Of a stretch of DNA of 64,000 nt, positions 39,033-49,129 are shown one piece after another. The stretch spans positions 89,057 to 153,056 of the forward strand of contig JAHFBG010000005.1 of NCBI GenBank assembly GCA_023250155.1, given 5' to 3'. Every line of letters begins with the position of its first letter. Within the stretch, counting starts at the first letter, position 1. The notes beneath the pieces were generated by a model. That model was not told where the DNA came from, made no database searches, and saw only the letters and a program-made list of their open reading frames with translations. This DNA comes from Candidatus Melainabacteria bacterium. GTDB lineage: Bacteria; Cyanobacteriota; Vampirovibrionia; 2-02-FULL-35-15. The translations under genes were made by a program, and so were the position numbers.

Positions 39033-40115
39033 ATGAAAGAAAAAATGCTTAAGTATCTTTGTTGTCCTGAATGTAGCTCTAATATAGAGTTAGCTAGACA
39101 TAAAGGAATTGACTCAACAAATCATATCACTGAGGGTGAATTAGTTTGTACTGGATGCAAAAATACTTATCCCATTATAAGTGGCGTGCCATTTTTCTGT
39201 TTAAATACAGATGATAAAACAGTAGACTTAAATAGAAAGAATTTTGCCAGTGAGTGGAACTACTTTACATCCTCAATGGGAGATAAAAATGAACAGCTTG
39301 CAAAAGATGAATTAGAAAGTTATTTTTCTCCATTTGTTCAGTTTAAAGATTTAGAAGATAAGAGTGTTCTTGAAGGTGGTTGTGGTGGTGGAAGATTAGT
39401 TTATGCAGCAGCAAAATACTCAGGGGCAAAAGAGATAATAGGCGTTGACTTATCAAATGCAGTAATAACAGCTTTTAAAAACACCAGACATCTCCCTAAT
39501 GTTTCAATTATTCAGGCAGATATTACAAATCTACCTTTTAAAAAAGATAAAATGTTTGATTTTATTTATTCTGTTGGTGTATTACACCACATGCCAAATC
39601 CATATTTAGGTTTCAGCTCTTTAGTAGAACATTTAAAAAAAGATGGCAAGATCCTTGCCTGGGTATATGGAAAAGAAGGAAACTCACTATACATAAACTT
39701 TGCAGACCCAATAAGGAAACTAATCACTTCAAGGTTTCCATTTAAAGTAAATCTTTACTTATCATGTTTTATATCACTTATCGTATGGGGCATCATATTA
39801 GGTTTTTATTCTCCACTCAATTTAATATTGAAAGAAAAAAATACTAATAAAGTCTTACCTTTTAATGAATACTTTAACTATTTTAGAAAAAGAGGATTTA
39901 AAGATTTTTGGAGAACTGTTTTTGATAAAATGGTTCCAACAATTTCATACTATATTTCGCATGAAGAATTTAAAACTTGGTTTGAAAAAAGCAATCTAGA
40001 ATATGAAACATATTTTCGAAATGGGCATAGCTGGACTGGGATTGGAAAATCTGCTGTAGGTCTGAGTCGCGACTCAGACCTACAGCAACATGGGTTTAAA
40101 ACAACGTATAAATAA
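39033..40115 (+). CDS. SAM-dependent methyltransferase with N-terminal Trm112-like zinc-ribbon
   Basis: LKYLCCPEC…CTGC zinc ribbon, VLEGGCGGGRL motif I, VGVLHHM. The C-terminal tail is encoded by a 34-nt palindrome. Confidence 0.6.
   Translation: MKEKMLKYLCCPECSSNIELARHKGIDSTNHITEGELVCTGCKNTYPIISGVPFFCLNTDDKTVDLNRKNFASEWNYFTSSMGDKNEQLAKDELESYFSPFVQFKDLEDKSVLEGGCGGGRLVYAAAKYSGAKEIIGVDLSNAVITAFKNTRHLPNVSIIQADITNLPFKKDKMFDFIYSVGVLHHMPNPYLGFSSLVEHLKKDGKILAWVYGKEGNSLYINFADPIRKLITSRFPFKVNLYLSCFISLIVWGIILGFYSPLNLILKEKNTNKVLPFNEYFNYFRKRGFKDFWRTVFDKMVPTISYYISHEEFKTWFEKSNLEYETYFRNGHSWTGIGKSAVGLSRDSDLQQHGFKTTYK
40054..40087. repeat. 34-nt perfect palindrome (17-bp arms, no loop), GC-rich, inside the 3' end of the methyltransferase CDS
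   Basis: gctgtaggtctgagtcg|cgactcagacctacagc read directly. Confidence 0.6.
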
Positions 40116-40254
40116 ACGGTGCTAATGCTGAACCTTCAGTAAAAACAATTAAAGCACCAAGCAAAACTAAAAAAACAATAATAGGAGTTAACCACCATTT
40201 TTTTCTTGTCTTTAAAAATTCCCAGAACTCTGAAACGATTGAAAGATTGCTCAT
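40096..40254 (-). CDS. Small membrane protein (52 aa), SxtK/DUF5989-like, not in the ORF track
   Basis: Reverse-strand ORF translates to MSNLSIVSEFWEFLKTRKKWWLTPIIVFLVLLGALIVFTEGSALAPFIYTLF. This matches the conserved small partner of carbamoyltransferase/SGNH gene sets. Confidence 0.5.
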   Translation of the reverse strand: MSNLSIVSEFWEFLKTRKKWWLTPIIVFLVLLGALIVFTEGSALAPFIYTLF

Positions 40255-40260
40255 AATTTC

Positions 40261-41628
40261 TTATCCCTTAGTATAAAAAACATTCTTAGTCACTAAAAAA
40301 TTATAAACGTATTTTGCAATTTCATGGGACATTTCAGGAGAATAATGATCTATGTCTATATACAATGGTTTTTTCATATTTTCCTGTATATCAGCCAGCC
40401 ATAAGAAATCATTTCCCATATTATGCTTCTTAATAAAGTCTTCCATATAAGCATAACCATACTTAGAATACATAAACCTACCAAATCCCTTACCTGCAAA
40501 TATATGATATTTCAAATCATATTTATAAGTAGGAACGGGTTGCCATATGAAAAATGTTTTTACATTGAAATGTTCACCTATTAGTTCAATGATTTTCTTA
40601 TTCATTACATATCTTTCAACTACAGTTCTTATCATAGGTAAATCATTGTACTCAGACTCACTACTAACAGCTCCTTTTATTTTTGCTTCACCCTCATGTC
40701 CTTTTTTAAAATTTTTGATGGCTGAAAGCAAAGGTAAACTAAGCAAATCAGTACCTTTATCTTCCATAAATTTTCTTAGGTTTTCTGTAAACAATGGCTC
40801 ATCACTATAATAATAAAAATCATTTAAACCATCTATGAAAATCGCAACATCTGGCTTTACACCTGATGTTATAAGCTTTTCAAATAGTATTCTTTCTTGT
40901 GATGAAAAGTAATGACCTCGTCCAAAGTTATAAATATAAGCATTTTTCTTTGAGTTCTGATTCCCACAAAGCTCTTGTAAATAAGAAGCAATGGTTTCAT
41001 TGTCAGGAACACCATAATTAAACGTAGTTGACCCACCAAATAAAAAAATATTTAAGTTTTTAGGATCAGGCGGCCATGGACCTTGATTTTTTGTAACTCT
41101 AAAACCATTTTCACTTACATTAACATACTTACCTTTACATGCCCTCTCTTTAAACTGTGTATAAGGCTCATAAACATAAGGTCTAGACCATGTTTCATAT
41201 AAGAATTTGGGTATCTCTGACTCTTTCAAAGTAGCATACAAAGGTATAAGTTCTTGCCTATATCCTAAAAAAATCTGCTCTCTATAATAAGCCGCATCTT
41301 TAAGTAAAGAAAAGCCATACAAAACACCGTTAAAAAATATAAACAATAAAATCGAGCTAACAATTGTTATTGCAGAATATTTATAATACTGCCCCATCTT
41401 TTTCAGTGACAAGAAACTACTTTTCAAAAAGACAATAACAAATCCTAATACAATTAGACTCAGGCTTATTAGCTCTAAAGGGATTCTATAACTTAACTCT
41501 ACGATTGCATATGGTGAAACAAATTTTTCTAATACAAAGCGACTCGATATTATACCCAAGAAAATAAAAAATATTCCGACTATGGTTTTTAAGTTTTTCA
41601 TGCTTGCCTCATTAGAACTGTCTTTCAT
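40261..41628 (-). CDS. Membrane-anchored SGNH/GDSL-like hydrolase or O-acyltransferase (AlgX/AlgJ-like)
   Basis: N-terminal TM. FLFGGSTTF (GDS-like block), IFIDGLND (GxND), C-terminal DIDHYS (DxxH). Confidence 0.45.
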   Translation of the reverse strand: MKDSSNEASMKNLKTIVGIFFIFLGIISSRFVLEKFVSPYAIVELSYRIPLELISLSLIVLGFVIVFLKSSFLSLKKMGQYYKYSAITIVSSILLFIFFNGVLYGFSLLKDAAYYREQIFLGYRQELIPLYATLKESEIPKFLYETWSRPYVYEPYTQFKERACKGKYVNVSENGFRVTKNQGPWPPDPKNLNIFLFGGSTTFNYGVPDNETIASYLQELCGNQNSKKNAYIYNFGRGHYFSSQERILFEKLITSGVKPDVAIFIDGLNDFYYYSDEPLFTENLRKFMEDKGTDLLSLPLLSAIKNFKKGHEGEAKIKGAVSSESEYNDLPMIRTVVERYVMNKKIIELIGEHFNVKTFFIWQPVPTYKYDLKYHIFAGKGFGRFMYSKYGYAYMEDFIKKHNMGNDFLWLADIQENMKKPLYIDIDHYSPEMSHEIAKYVYNFLVTKNVFYTKG

Positions 41629-42055
41629 AGTTTAACTTATTGAATGATTCTTTTTTTCTTTTTATCCAGTATGTTTGTAACTCTTTATTAAATCTTAGAT
41701 TTAAAGAATCTTTTGAAGTCATTTTATTTAAGAGACCAAGTGGTGTAACCACAACATAAAATAAAAGACATAAAATGACTCTTGTCATAACAGCACCAAT
41801 AATAAGTCCTACTGCCATCCAGATTTTTTGAATGGGTTTAAGAATAATAGGAATTAACAATCCTGATAGTATAAAAAATAATGACAAAATAAAGAAATAA
41901 ATATAATGCTCTTTATGTCTCCACCACAGGCTTCCACCAATGAAGCCAAATACAACACCAACTACTATTCCAAACTCTCTTAACTCTTTCTTTCCACTTT
42001 TTATATTTTTAATTTCTTCTAAAATCATCTTCTTTTCCTTCTTAGTCACGATCAA
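41612..42055 (-). CDS. SxtJ-like small membrane protein
   Basis: 147 aa, 3 TM. Sits between carbamoyltransferase and SGNH genes as in SxtI/J/K-type modules. Confidence 0.4.
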   Translation of the reverse strand: MIVTKKEKKMILEEIKNIKSGKKELREFGIVVGVVFGFIGGSLWWRHKEHYIYFFILSLFFILSGLLIPIILKPIQKIWMAVGLIIGAVMTRVILCLLFYVVVTPLGLLNKMTSKDSLNLRFNKELQTYWIKRKKESFNKLNYERQF

Positions 42056-42071
42056 TCGTATCCCTCCTATA

Positions 42072-43889
42072 TCAATCTAACTCAAACTCTTTTTGCCAAT
42101 GAATATCTTCTTCTAATGGCTTTTGCTCTTTTTTATCTACAAGAAAATTGCCCATGATTAAGTAATCCATATTCGTTCTCATAAAGCAAAGATACGCTTC
42201 TTCTGGAGTACAAACAATAGGCTCTCCTCTAACATTAAACGAAGTGTTTATTACCACTCCACAACCATCCTTTTCATTTAGCTTGGAAATCATTTTATGA
42301 TATAAAAAATTGTCAGCCTTATCTACAGTCTGAACACGTGCAGAGTAGTCTACATGGGTCACTGCAGGAATAGTAGATCTGGCAATATTCAGCTTATCAA
42401 TTCCAAAAAGACTTTCTTCATCTTTTGTCATTTTACGTCGTATTTCTTCTTTTACTGGAGCGACTAGAAGCATATAAGGACTTTCAGAAGATAAATCAAA
42501 ATAATCTTGCACTTTTTCTTTTAAAACAGACGGTGCAAATGGTCTAAAACTTTCTCTAAATTTTATTTTTAAATTCATTTGTTCCTGCATCTTTGGAGAT
42601 CTGGCATCACCTATAATCGACCTAGCACCAAGGGCTCTAGGACCAAATTCCATTCTCCCTTGAAACCACCCTATTACTTTCTCACCACTAATTAACTCAG
42701 CAACCTTTCCTGCAATCTCATTGTCACTTAATTCAATATAAGGAATGTTTTTTGTTTTTAAGAAATTCTGTATATAGTTCTTATCAAAACCAGGTCCAAG
42801 ATATGAACCTTTCTGAGAGTCTTTTTTTCCACTTGCAATTCTTTTATTTCCAAGGTACTGATACCAAACAAACAATGCAGCACCTAAAGCACTACCAGCA
42901 TCTCCGGCTGCTGGCTGTATCCATATATTTTTAAATGGACTATCACGTAATATTCTTCCATTTCCTACACAGTTCAAAGCCACACCACCAGATAAGCACA
43001 AGTTTTTTAATCTTGTTTCTTTATGAGCATATTTAGCCATTCTAAGCATAATCTCTTCAGTGACTTCCTGTATCGATCGTGCAATGTCCATGTCTTTTTG
43101 AGTAAGCTTAGTCTCTGGTTTTCTTGGTTTGCTATCAAACAATTTACTAAATGCAGCATTGGTCATAGTAAGCCCAACACAATAGTCAAAATACTTCATG
43201 TTCAATCTAAATGATCCATCTTCTTTTAAATCTACTAATTCACTTAAAATAAGGTCTTTGTATTTTGGCTCTCCATACGGTGCTAATCCCATAAGCTTAT
43301 ATTCACCAGAGTTGACCTTAAACCCTGTATAGTATGTGAATGCAGAATATAATAATCCTAATGAATGGGGGAATTTTATCTCTGAAAGCAACTCTATTGA
43401 ATTATCTCTACCAATTCCCATGCTAGTAGTTGCCCATTCACCAACTCCATCCATGGTTAATATCGCTGCTTCTTGGTATGGCGATGGAAAAAAAGCACTG
43501 GAAGCATGAGACTCATGATGTTCTGGGAATATAAGCTTTCCACCATAGTTAAGTTCTTTTTGAATAAACTCTTTCATCCACAACTTTTGTTTTATCCAAA
43601 GAGGTATTGCTTTTAGAAAAGACTTTATACCAAACGGTGCATATGTCAAATATGTTTCTAAAATACGCTCAAATTTAATAAATGACTTCTCATAAAATGC
43701 TACAAAATCTAAATCAGATACTTGTATTTTTCCTTCTTGTAAACAATACTGAATAGCATTCCTTGGAAAAGCTGCATCATGTTTCTTTCGTGTGAATCGC
43801 TCTTCCTGAGCAGCCGCCACAATAACACCATCCTGCACCAAACAAGCTGCACTATCATGATAAAAAGCTGAGATTCCTAATATATTCAT
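42072..43889 (-). CDS. Carbamoyltransferase (NodU/CmcH family)
   Basis: MNILGISAFYHDSAACLV N-terminus (YrdC/Kae1-like fold), 605 aa, C-terminal carbamoyltransferase domain. Confidence 0.85.
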   Translation of the reverse strand: MNILGISAFYHDSAACLVQDGVIVAAAQEERFTRKKHDAAFPRNAIQYCLQEGKIQVSDLDFVAFYEKSFIKFERILETYLTYAPFGIKSFLKAIPLWIKQKLWMKEFIQKELNYGGKLIFPEHHESHASSAFFPSPYQEAAILTMDGVGEWATTSMGIGRDNSIELLSEIKFPHSLGLLYSAFTYYTGFKVNSGEYKLMGLAPYGEPKYKDLILSELVDLKEDGSFRLNMKYFDYCVGLTMTNAAFSKLFDSKPRKPETKLTQKDMDIARSIQEVTEEIMLRMAKYAHKETRLKNLCLSGGVALNCVGNGRILRDSPFKNIWIQPAAGDAGSALGAALFVWYQYLGNKRIASGKKDSQKGSYLGPGFDKNYIQNFLKTKNIPYIELSDNEIAGKVAELISGEKVIGWFQGRMEFGPRALGARSIIGDARSPKMQEQMNLKIKFRESFRPFAPSVLKEKVQDYFDLSSESPYMLLVAPVKEEIRRKMTKDEESLFGIDKLNIARSTIPAVTHVDYSARVQTVDKADNFLYHKMISKLNEKDGCGVVINTSFNVRGEPIVCTPEEAYLCFMRTNMDYLIMGNFLVDKKEQKPLEEDIHWQKEFELD

Positions 43890-45565
43890 CGTGAGTGATC
43901 TATTTGATAGATTACAACATGTTCCTGTTCATTGTATCCAAGCGGCTTATACATCCCATTTAATATAGGTTTACCTTGGATAATAAGATCTTTATTGTTT
44001 TGAAGTAACCAGTCACTAGATCTTAAAAACAAGTATTCAATTGGCTCTGGTAAAATCTTATTAACTTGCATTAATTGATCATTTGTAGCATCTTTAAAGA
44101 TCTGAATGACTGGATAAGTCACATAAGTAGTATGTATTCCATCGTTAAAGTATATAAACCGAGGTCTTGATCCACCTAATACCTGTTCAATTAATTCAGC
44201 TCTTCGTTTAGCTGGAATATGATAGTAATCTTCATTATAAACATATTGAACTATTGTTGATATAAAAAGAGGGGAGTAAATAAATATAAACAAGAGTGAC
44301 ACCAATGCATTCAGTATTTTAGGATGTAATTGCTTAAAAGATTTAACATATTCACTATTTGCTCTAAATACAATTACTACTAAACAAAGATAAACAGGTA
44401 AATAGTAGTAATTATAACGCCAAATATTTGAATGATATGACCTAAATAAAACATCAAAAATTAAATTAAAACTAATTATAGAAGAAAAGGAAAATAAAAC
44501 AAAAATTCTTTGAATAGAAGAAAGATACCTCCATCCAGAAAATGACAATAGGAACACCAAGAAAAGCATCAGAATATATAGTCCTAAAAATACAAAACAG
44601 GAAGTTAGATGTAGTATTTCACCTGTATATGGAAGATAATTTGTAGGGTAAATAAAATAAGGTAAAATAATCATTTTAAAAAAGTAAATAAGGTTTTTAA
44701 TTACATTGCCTGTAAAATCATTAAAATACCCACCTAAAAAATTTGCATATACCTGAGTAAGATCTTGTTCTGGTGAAAAGTTCATCATGGGTGCAACAGG
44801 AAGAAATATAAATTTGTTGGCAATACAAAAAAGAATCACAAATAAGCCAAAAGAAGAAGCTAAAAAAGCAAAAAATGGGATTTTTGTATTGATCATTTTC
44901 CCAGTAATATTTGTCCTATAAGCCGCTACTATAAAACAAAGTATTCCAAAGAAATAACCTATATACAAGCTCTTATATAAAAATAAAATCAATAAAGAAA
45001 GTGAGATTTTAAGTATCGTCCAAAAATTAAATGCACCTTTATCATAATCTTTAAAAATTAAATAAACAAATAAACAAAGCAACAGGCATCCACACTGTTC
45101 CATCATTGCAGTGTCACAATTTTTTAAAATACCCGGAGTAAATAAATATGAGAGAGAAACAATAAAAGCCAATTTATGACTATCTTTTACAAGAGTTAAA
45201 ATAATAAAATACATTAGTATGCAAACACCAAGTCCACATAACCAATTAGCAAAATAAGCTACATACATTGACACTCCAAAGATTTTAAAAAATATTGCTA
45301 AGAAAACAGAATAGAGTGGGTAGTTAATAATATGTGTAGGATAACCATACTTTATAAGACCCATTATGGTATACGACCTTGCTTCAAAATCACCATCCTG
45401 AGCTATTCCTCTGGCTATAGACATATAATTCACTTCATCCCAGCCAAGTTTTTGCTCAAATAGAACTTGAACAACGACATAAGTTATTAACCAGATTAAT
45501 ATAATTAGTGAAACATAAACAATGTTTTTTTTGTCAGGCATTAATTTTGTTTTCATTTCTAGCAA
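43886..45565 (-). CDS. GT39/GT83 (PMT/ArnT-like) GT-C glycosyltransferase
   Basis: KLGWDEVNY DE motif in first loop, then YxxxxxxxGW/MxxxxxxxxG pattern. About 11 TM. Confidence 0.6.
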   Translation of the reverse strand: MLEMKTKLMPDKKNIVYVSLIILIWLITYVVVQVLFEQKLGWDEVNYMSIARGIAQDGDFEARSYTIMGLIKYGYPTHIINYPLYSVFLAIFFKIFGVSMYVAYFANWLCGLGVCILMYFIILTLVKDSHKLAFIVSLSYLFTPGILKNCDTAMMEQCGCLLLCLFVYLIFKDYDKGAFNFWTILKISLSLLILFLYKSLYIGYFFGILCFIVAAYRTNITGKMINTKIPFFAFLASSFGLFVILFCIANKFIFLPVAPMMNFSPEQDLTQVYANFLGGYFNDFTGNVIKNLIYFFKMIILPYFIYPTNYLPYTGEILHLTSCFVFLGLYILMLFLVFLLSFSGWRYLSSIQRIFVLFSFSSIISFNLIFDVLFRSYHSNIWRYNYYYLPVYLCLVVIVFRANSEYVKSFKQLHPKILNALVSLLFIFIYSPLFISTIVQYVYNEDYYHIPAKRRAELIEQVLGGSRPRFIYFNDGIHTTYVTYPVIQIFKDATNDQLMQVNKILPEPIEYLFLRSSDWLLQNNKDLIIQGKPILNGMYKPLGYNEQEHVVIYQIDHSR

Positions 45566-47270
45566 TTGCTCCTATAGCTGGCTCTTGTAATCTATAAACA
45601 ACAACTTTATTCTCTAAATCTACCCCATAATATACATAAGAGTTATCAACTATAGGTTGTCCTTTTAATATGTTAGCTTCATTTTCTTTAAATAGTGGAT
45701 TTTCTGGCTGAAGAAATAAAAACTCTATAGGCTTTGGAAGTTTGTGATTTATAAGTTTAAGCTGATCATTAGACATATCCATTAAAACAACTCTCATTGG
45801 ATATAAATCCCAATTGGTATGCTGTCCAGTATTGAAGTAAATAAACATAGGATTTATATTTCCAACAAATTTTCTTACTATTTCAGCATTTTTATGTGCA
45901 ATACCATGATATAAATCTTTATTCCATTGAGAGATTCTCAAGGCATCTAAATTGAGTGGAACATATACAAGTAGAATAAATATCAAAGCAATAACACTAC
46001 TGCCTTTTTTATATTCACACATAAAAGGTAAAAAATATTTTCTGTTGACCCATAAAATGATTCCTGATGAAATTAAAAGCAATGGTACATAAAGTAAATT
46101 ATACCTACACCTAACACCAATACAACTACCTGCAATTAAATTAAAAATAGTATTTAAGATCAAAATTGAAGTTATTGTAAGAACAATAAAAGCTCTATGT
46201 ACAGGCAAAAGCTCTTTCCATGATAGAAATAAAAAAACTACGATATAGATGAAAATTAAATAATATAATCCAAATTCAAGCCAAGCCGGACTAAAATTAT
46301 ACATTGCTTCTGTATCCATTCCTAAGACTAACATTGGAAACCTTGGGAAATAATATATAACCACATTTTGAATAAAGCCACTAAAGTTATTAATTGCATT
46401 ATTAATAGGATTATGAAAAAAGCCACCTGCAAAATCTGCATACGTACCCAAGATTTCTGTCTTTCTATCAAAGTTCATCATAGGTGCTAAAGGAAGAAAA
46501 ATATATTTTGTAAAAATAAAATAAATACTTGAAAACACACCAAGATAAATAAATAGATGTGCATACCAAGGTCGTTTTGTTTTAACACTTAATCCCATTT
46601 GTTTCACATTACAAAGCATAAAAATAAGAATAATAAAACCAAAAACAATACCGATAAAAAGACTCTTAAAGAAATAAAGCCATATAGCTGCTATTGCCAG
46701 CAAGACTATATTAATCTTACCTTTTGAAATATCTTTAAATATAAAATAAGTAAAAATAGACACTAAGGCACAACCTGGAACCTCCATCATCGCTGAATCA
46801 CAATAGTCCACAATCCTAGGTAAAAATAAAAAAGTTATTCCTGTAAAAAAAGAAAACAGTCTATGATTAGTCATTAATAGCATAGTTAAATAAACAAAAA
46901 TACAAACCACTAAACCACAAAGCCATGTTGAAAAGTAAGCTACATTAATCGATGTTCCAAATAGTTTAAAAAAAATGGCAAGATATGTAGAGTAAACAGG
47001 ATAATGATGAGTATGCTGTGGAAAAGGATATTTAATCGTGCCTAAAACGGTCGTAGTTCTAGTACTGAAATCAAAATCTTTTACTATGCCTTTAGCAGTA
47101 GATAAATAACTGTTTTCATCCCATACAATTTTTTGCTCCCAACAAAGTGTACAAATCACATATATAATCAGCCAAATAAAAAAAATTAAAGCAGGGTATA
47201 AATATTTGGCTTTATCATTATCTATAGAAAATACCTTTTCTATAGGATTCTTACCCACATTACTTATCAT
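45534..47270 (-). CDS. GT39/GT83 (PMT/ArnT-like) GT-C glycosyltransferase, tandem paralog
   Basis: KIVWDENSY DE motif. Collinear similarity to 43886..45565. 32-nt overlap with it. Confidence 0.6.
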   Translation of the reverse strand: MISNVGKNPIEKVFSIDNDKAKYLYPALIFFIWLIIYVICTLCWEQKIVWDENSYLSTAKGIVKDFDFSTRTTTVLGTIKYPFPQHTHHYPVYSTYLAIFFKLFGTSINVAYFSTWLCGLVVCIFVYLTMLLMTNHRLFSFFTGITFLFLPRIVDYCDSAMMEVPGCALVSIFTYFIFKDISKGKINIVLLAIAAIWLYFFKSLFIGIVFGFIILIFMLCNVKQMGLSVKTKRPWYAHLFIYLGVFSSIYFIFTKYIFLPLAPMMNFDRKTEILGTYADFAGGFFHNPINNAINNFSGFIQNVVIYYFPRFPMLVLGMDTEAMYNFSPAWLEFGLYYLIFIYIVVFLFLSWKELLPVHRAFIVLTITSILILNTIFNLIAGSCIGVRCRYNLLYVPLLLISSGIILWVNRKYFLPFMCEYKKGSSVIALIFILLVYVPLNLDALRISQWNKDLYHGIAHKNAEIVRKFVGNINPMFIYFNTGQHTNWDLYPMRVVLMDMSNDQLKLINHKLPKPIEFLFLQPENPLFKENEANILKGQPIVDNSYVYYGVDLENKVVVYRLQEPAIGAIARNENKINA

Positions 47271-48153
47271 TAAAAATCCTTTTTTTCATTAGGACAGCAA
47301 TTAAACCTAAAGAAAGTGTAAAGAGTGCAATGCCTTGTACAATAACATAAACCATAATCCCAAAAGAAACACTTAAACCTTCTGTAAAAACAGGAACTAG
47401 CAATGCTACCAAACCTAACATACTAATCACTCCTGCAATTAACATAAACAATTTAATAGGATTATAAAGTGTAATAGTCTCAGTTAGAATTTGTGCAGAT
47501 CTTAAAATATCTCGAACATACCTTACTTTAGACTTTCCGATACGTGGTCTGTATTCAATGGGAAAATAATATACAGATAAGCCTTCAAGAATAAAAATCA
47601 GTGTAGTAGACAATGAAAAAGAAAATCCACTAGATGTATGTGGAAAATATTTTATAATGGTTGATTTTCTAAATACTCTAAGACCAGAGTTTACATCAAG
47701 GATCTTTTCTCCTGCCACGAACTGAGCTAATTGTTTAAAACAATATCTTGAAAGTTTTTTTAAGAAAGGGTCAAAGCTTTTTAAATTTGTTCTTTTCCCA
47801 ATAATCAAGTCATATCCTTCTTCAAGTTTTTTCATCATCAGTAAAATGTCTTCAATAGGATATGTGCCATCAGCATCTGTAATTGCAATAATATCTCCAG
47901 AGGCAGCAGCAATACCTTTCTTTATAGAAAATCCATAACCTTTATTGTAAGGATTTCTAACAAGCTTAATATCTGCTCGATTTTTTAAAATCTCATGAGT
48001 ACCATCAAATGAGCCATCATCTACAATTACTATTTCCCATAAAACTTTTCCTAATAAGAATTTAATCTCATCTATTGTTTTTTCAATCGCACCTCTCTCA
48101 TTAAAACAAGGAATTACAAGTGAAATTTTTTCTGTTTTGTCTGCTTTTTCCAT
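47260..48153 (-). CDS. Polyprenyl-phosphate sugar synthase, GT2 (Dpm1/ArnC-like)
   Basis: ISLVIPCFNE…VDDGSFDGT…ITDADG motifs. C-terminal TM helices. Overlaps downstream GT39 by 11 nt. Confidence 0.8.
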   Translation of the reverse strand: MEKADKTEKISLVIPCFNERGAIEKTIDEIKFLLGKVLWEIVIVDDGSFDGTHEILKNRADIKLVRNPYNKGYGFSIKKGIAAASGDIIAITDADGTYPIEDILLMMKKLEEGYDLIIGKRTNLKSFDPFLKKLSRYCFKQLAQFVAGEKILDVNSGLRVFRKSTIIKYFPHTSSGFSFSLSTTLIFILEGLSVYYFPIEYRPRIGKSKVRYVRDILRSAQILTETITLYNPIKLFMLIAGVISMLGLVALLVPVFTEGLSVSFGIMVYVIVQGIALFTLSLGLIAVLMKKRIFNDK

Positions 48154-48375
48154 TGTATTTTTTAATTATATTATAAGAAGGTATTACTCATCTTACTTAA
48201 CACTTTTAGACTTTGTATATCAATATCACTTATCTCATCAACAGTATTTATAGTCATTCAATTCATTATATCTAAGGGTTACCTATTTTTTAATGCTAAT
48301 AGTTAAATACATTTCTGTTATAATGTTTTTTGCTAAAATTAAGTACTCTTCTATAAATATAAAGAAAAAAATAAA

Positions 48376-49107
48376 ATGCCAGCATTTACACTTAAAAACT
48401 CAAAACCCGGCGAAGACTTCATTTTATGGAATGAAGAGATGTCCAGGACCTATAACCAAGAAGAGTACTATGAGAAGTCTAATTTTGCCATAATATGGAT
48501 TGAAAAAAAAAGATTGGCTGCAATAAGTAGTTTAATTAAAAACCACTTAGAACAAGCTAACCTCACAGATCCAACAATCCTAGAAGTAGGATGTGGGACT
48601 GGTCAGGTCCTTGAAGAGATTGCACATAAAATAAAAACTAAAAACTTGATTGGAATAGATCCTTTAGAACATTGGTTAAAAAAGGCTAAAGAAAAGCTCA
48701 ATGGCAAAGCTAAGTTAATGAAGGGGTTTGGAGAAGATCTTCCATTTGAAAATAACTCTATAGACTATATCGTTTGTACAGAAGTTTTAGAACATGTAAT
48801 AGATCCAAAAGTTGTTTTAATGGAATTTAACAGGGTTTTAAAAAAAGAAGGCTTAATAATAATTTCAATACCAAATGAAAAATTAATAAATAATTTAAAA
48901 GAGTTAATAAATTCTTTTAAGCTTTATAACAAGCTATTTCCAAACATTCAAAAAGACAATGATTGGCATATACACGATTTCGATTTAAAGCTACTAAATC
49001 ATTACATTCCAGATAAATTAGAAATCCTTCCACCTATACACTTTATTCCTCATTACTTCACACCACTTAGATATGTAATAGCTCTTCGAAAGAAAACTGC
49101 TAATTAA
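48376..49107 (+). CDS. SAM-dependent methyltransferase (type 11)
   Basis: LEVGCGTGQVL motif I, VCTEVLEHV, LKKEGLII. Confidence 0.65.
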   Translation: MPAFTLKNSKPGEDFILWNEEMSRTYNQEEYYEKSNFAIIWIEKKRLAAISSLIKNHLEQANLTDPTILEVGCGTGQVLEEIAHKIKTKNLIGIDPLEHWLKKAKEKLNGKAKLMKGFGEDLPFENNSIDYIVCTEVLEHVIDPKVVLMEFNRVLKKEGLIIISIPNEKLINNLKELINSFKLYNKLFPNIQKDNDWHIHDFDLKLLNHYIPDKLEILPPIHFIPHYFTPLRYVIALRKKTAN

Positions 49108-49129
49108 AGTAAAGCCTATACTTTCCAAA

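Noticed and set aside
48293-48493. 66-aa ORF overlapping the start of the methyltransferase gene
   Set aside because: It sits in the AT-rich divergent promoter region and overlaps the 5' end of 48376..49107 in another frame. It has low-complexity Lys/Ile composition and no homolog features.
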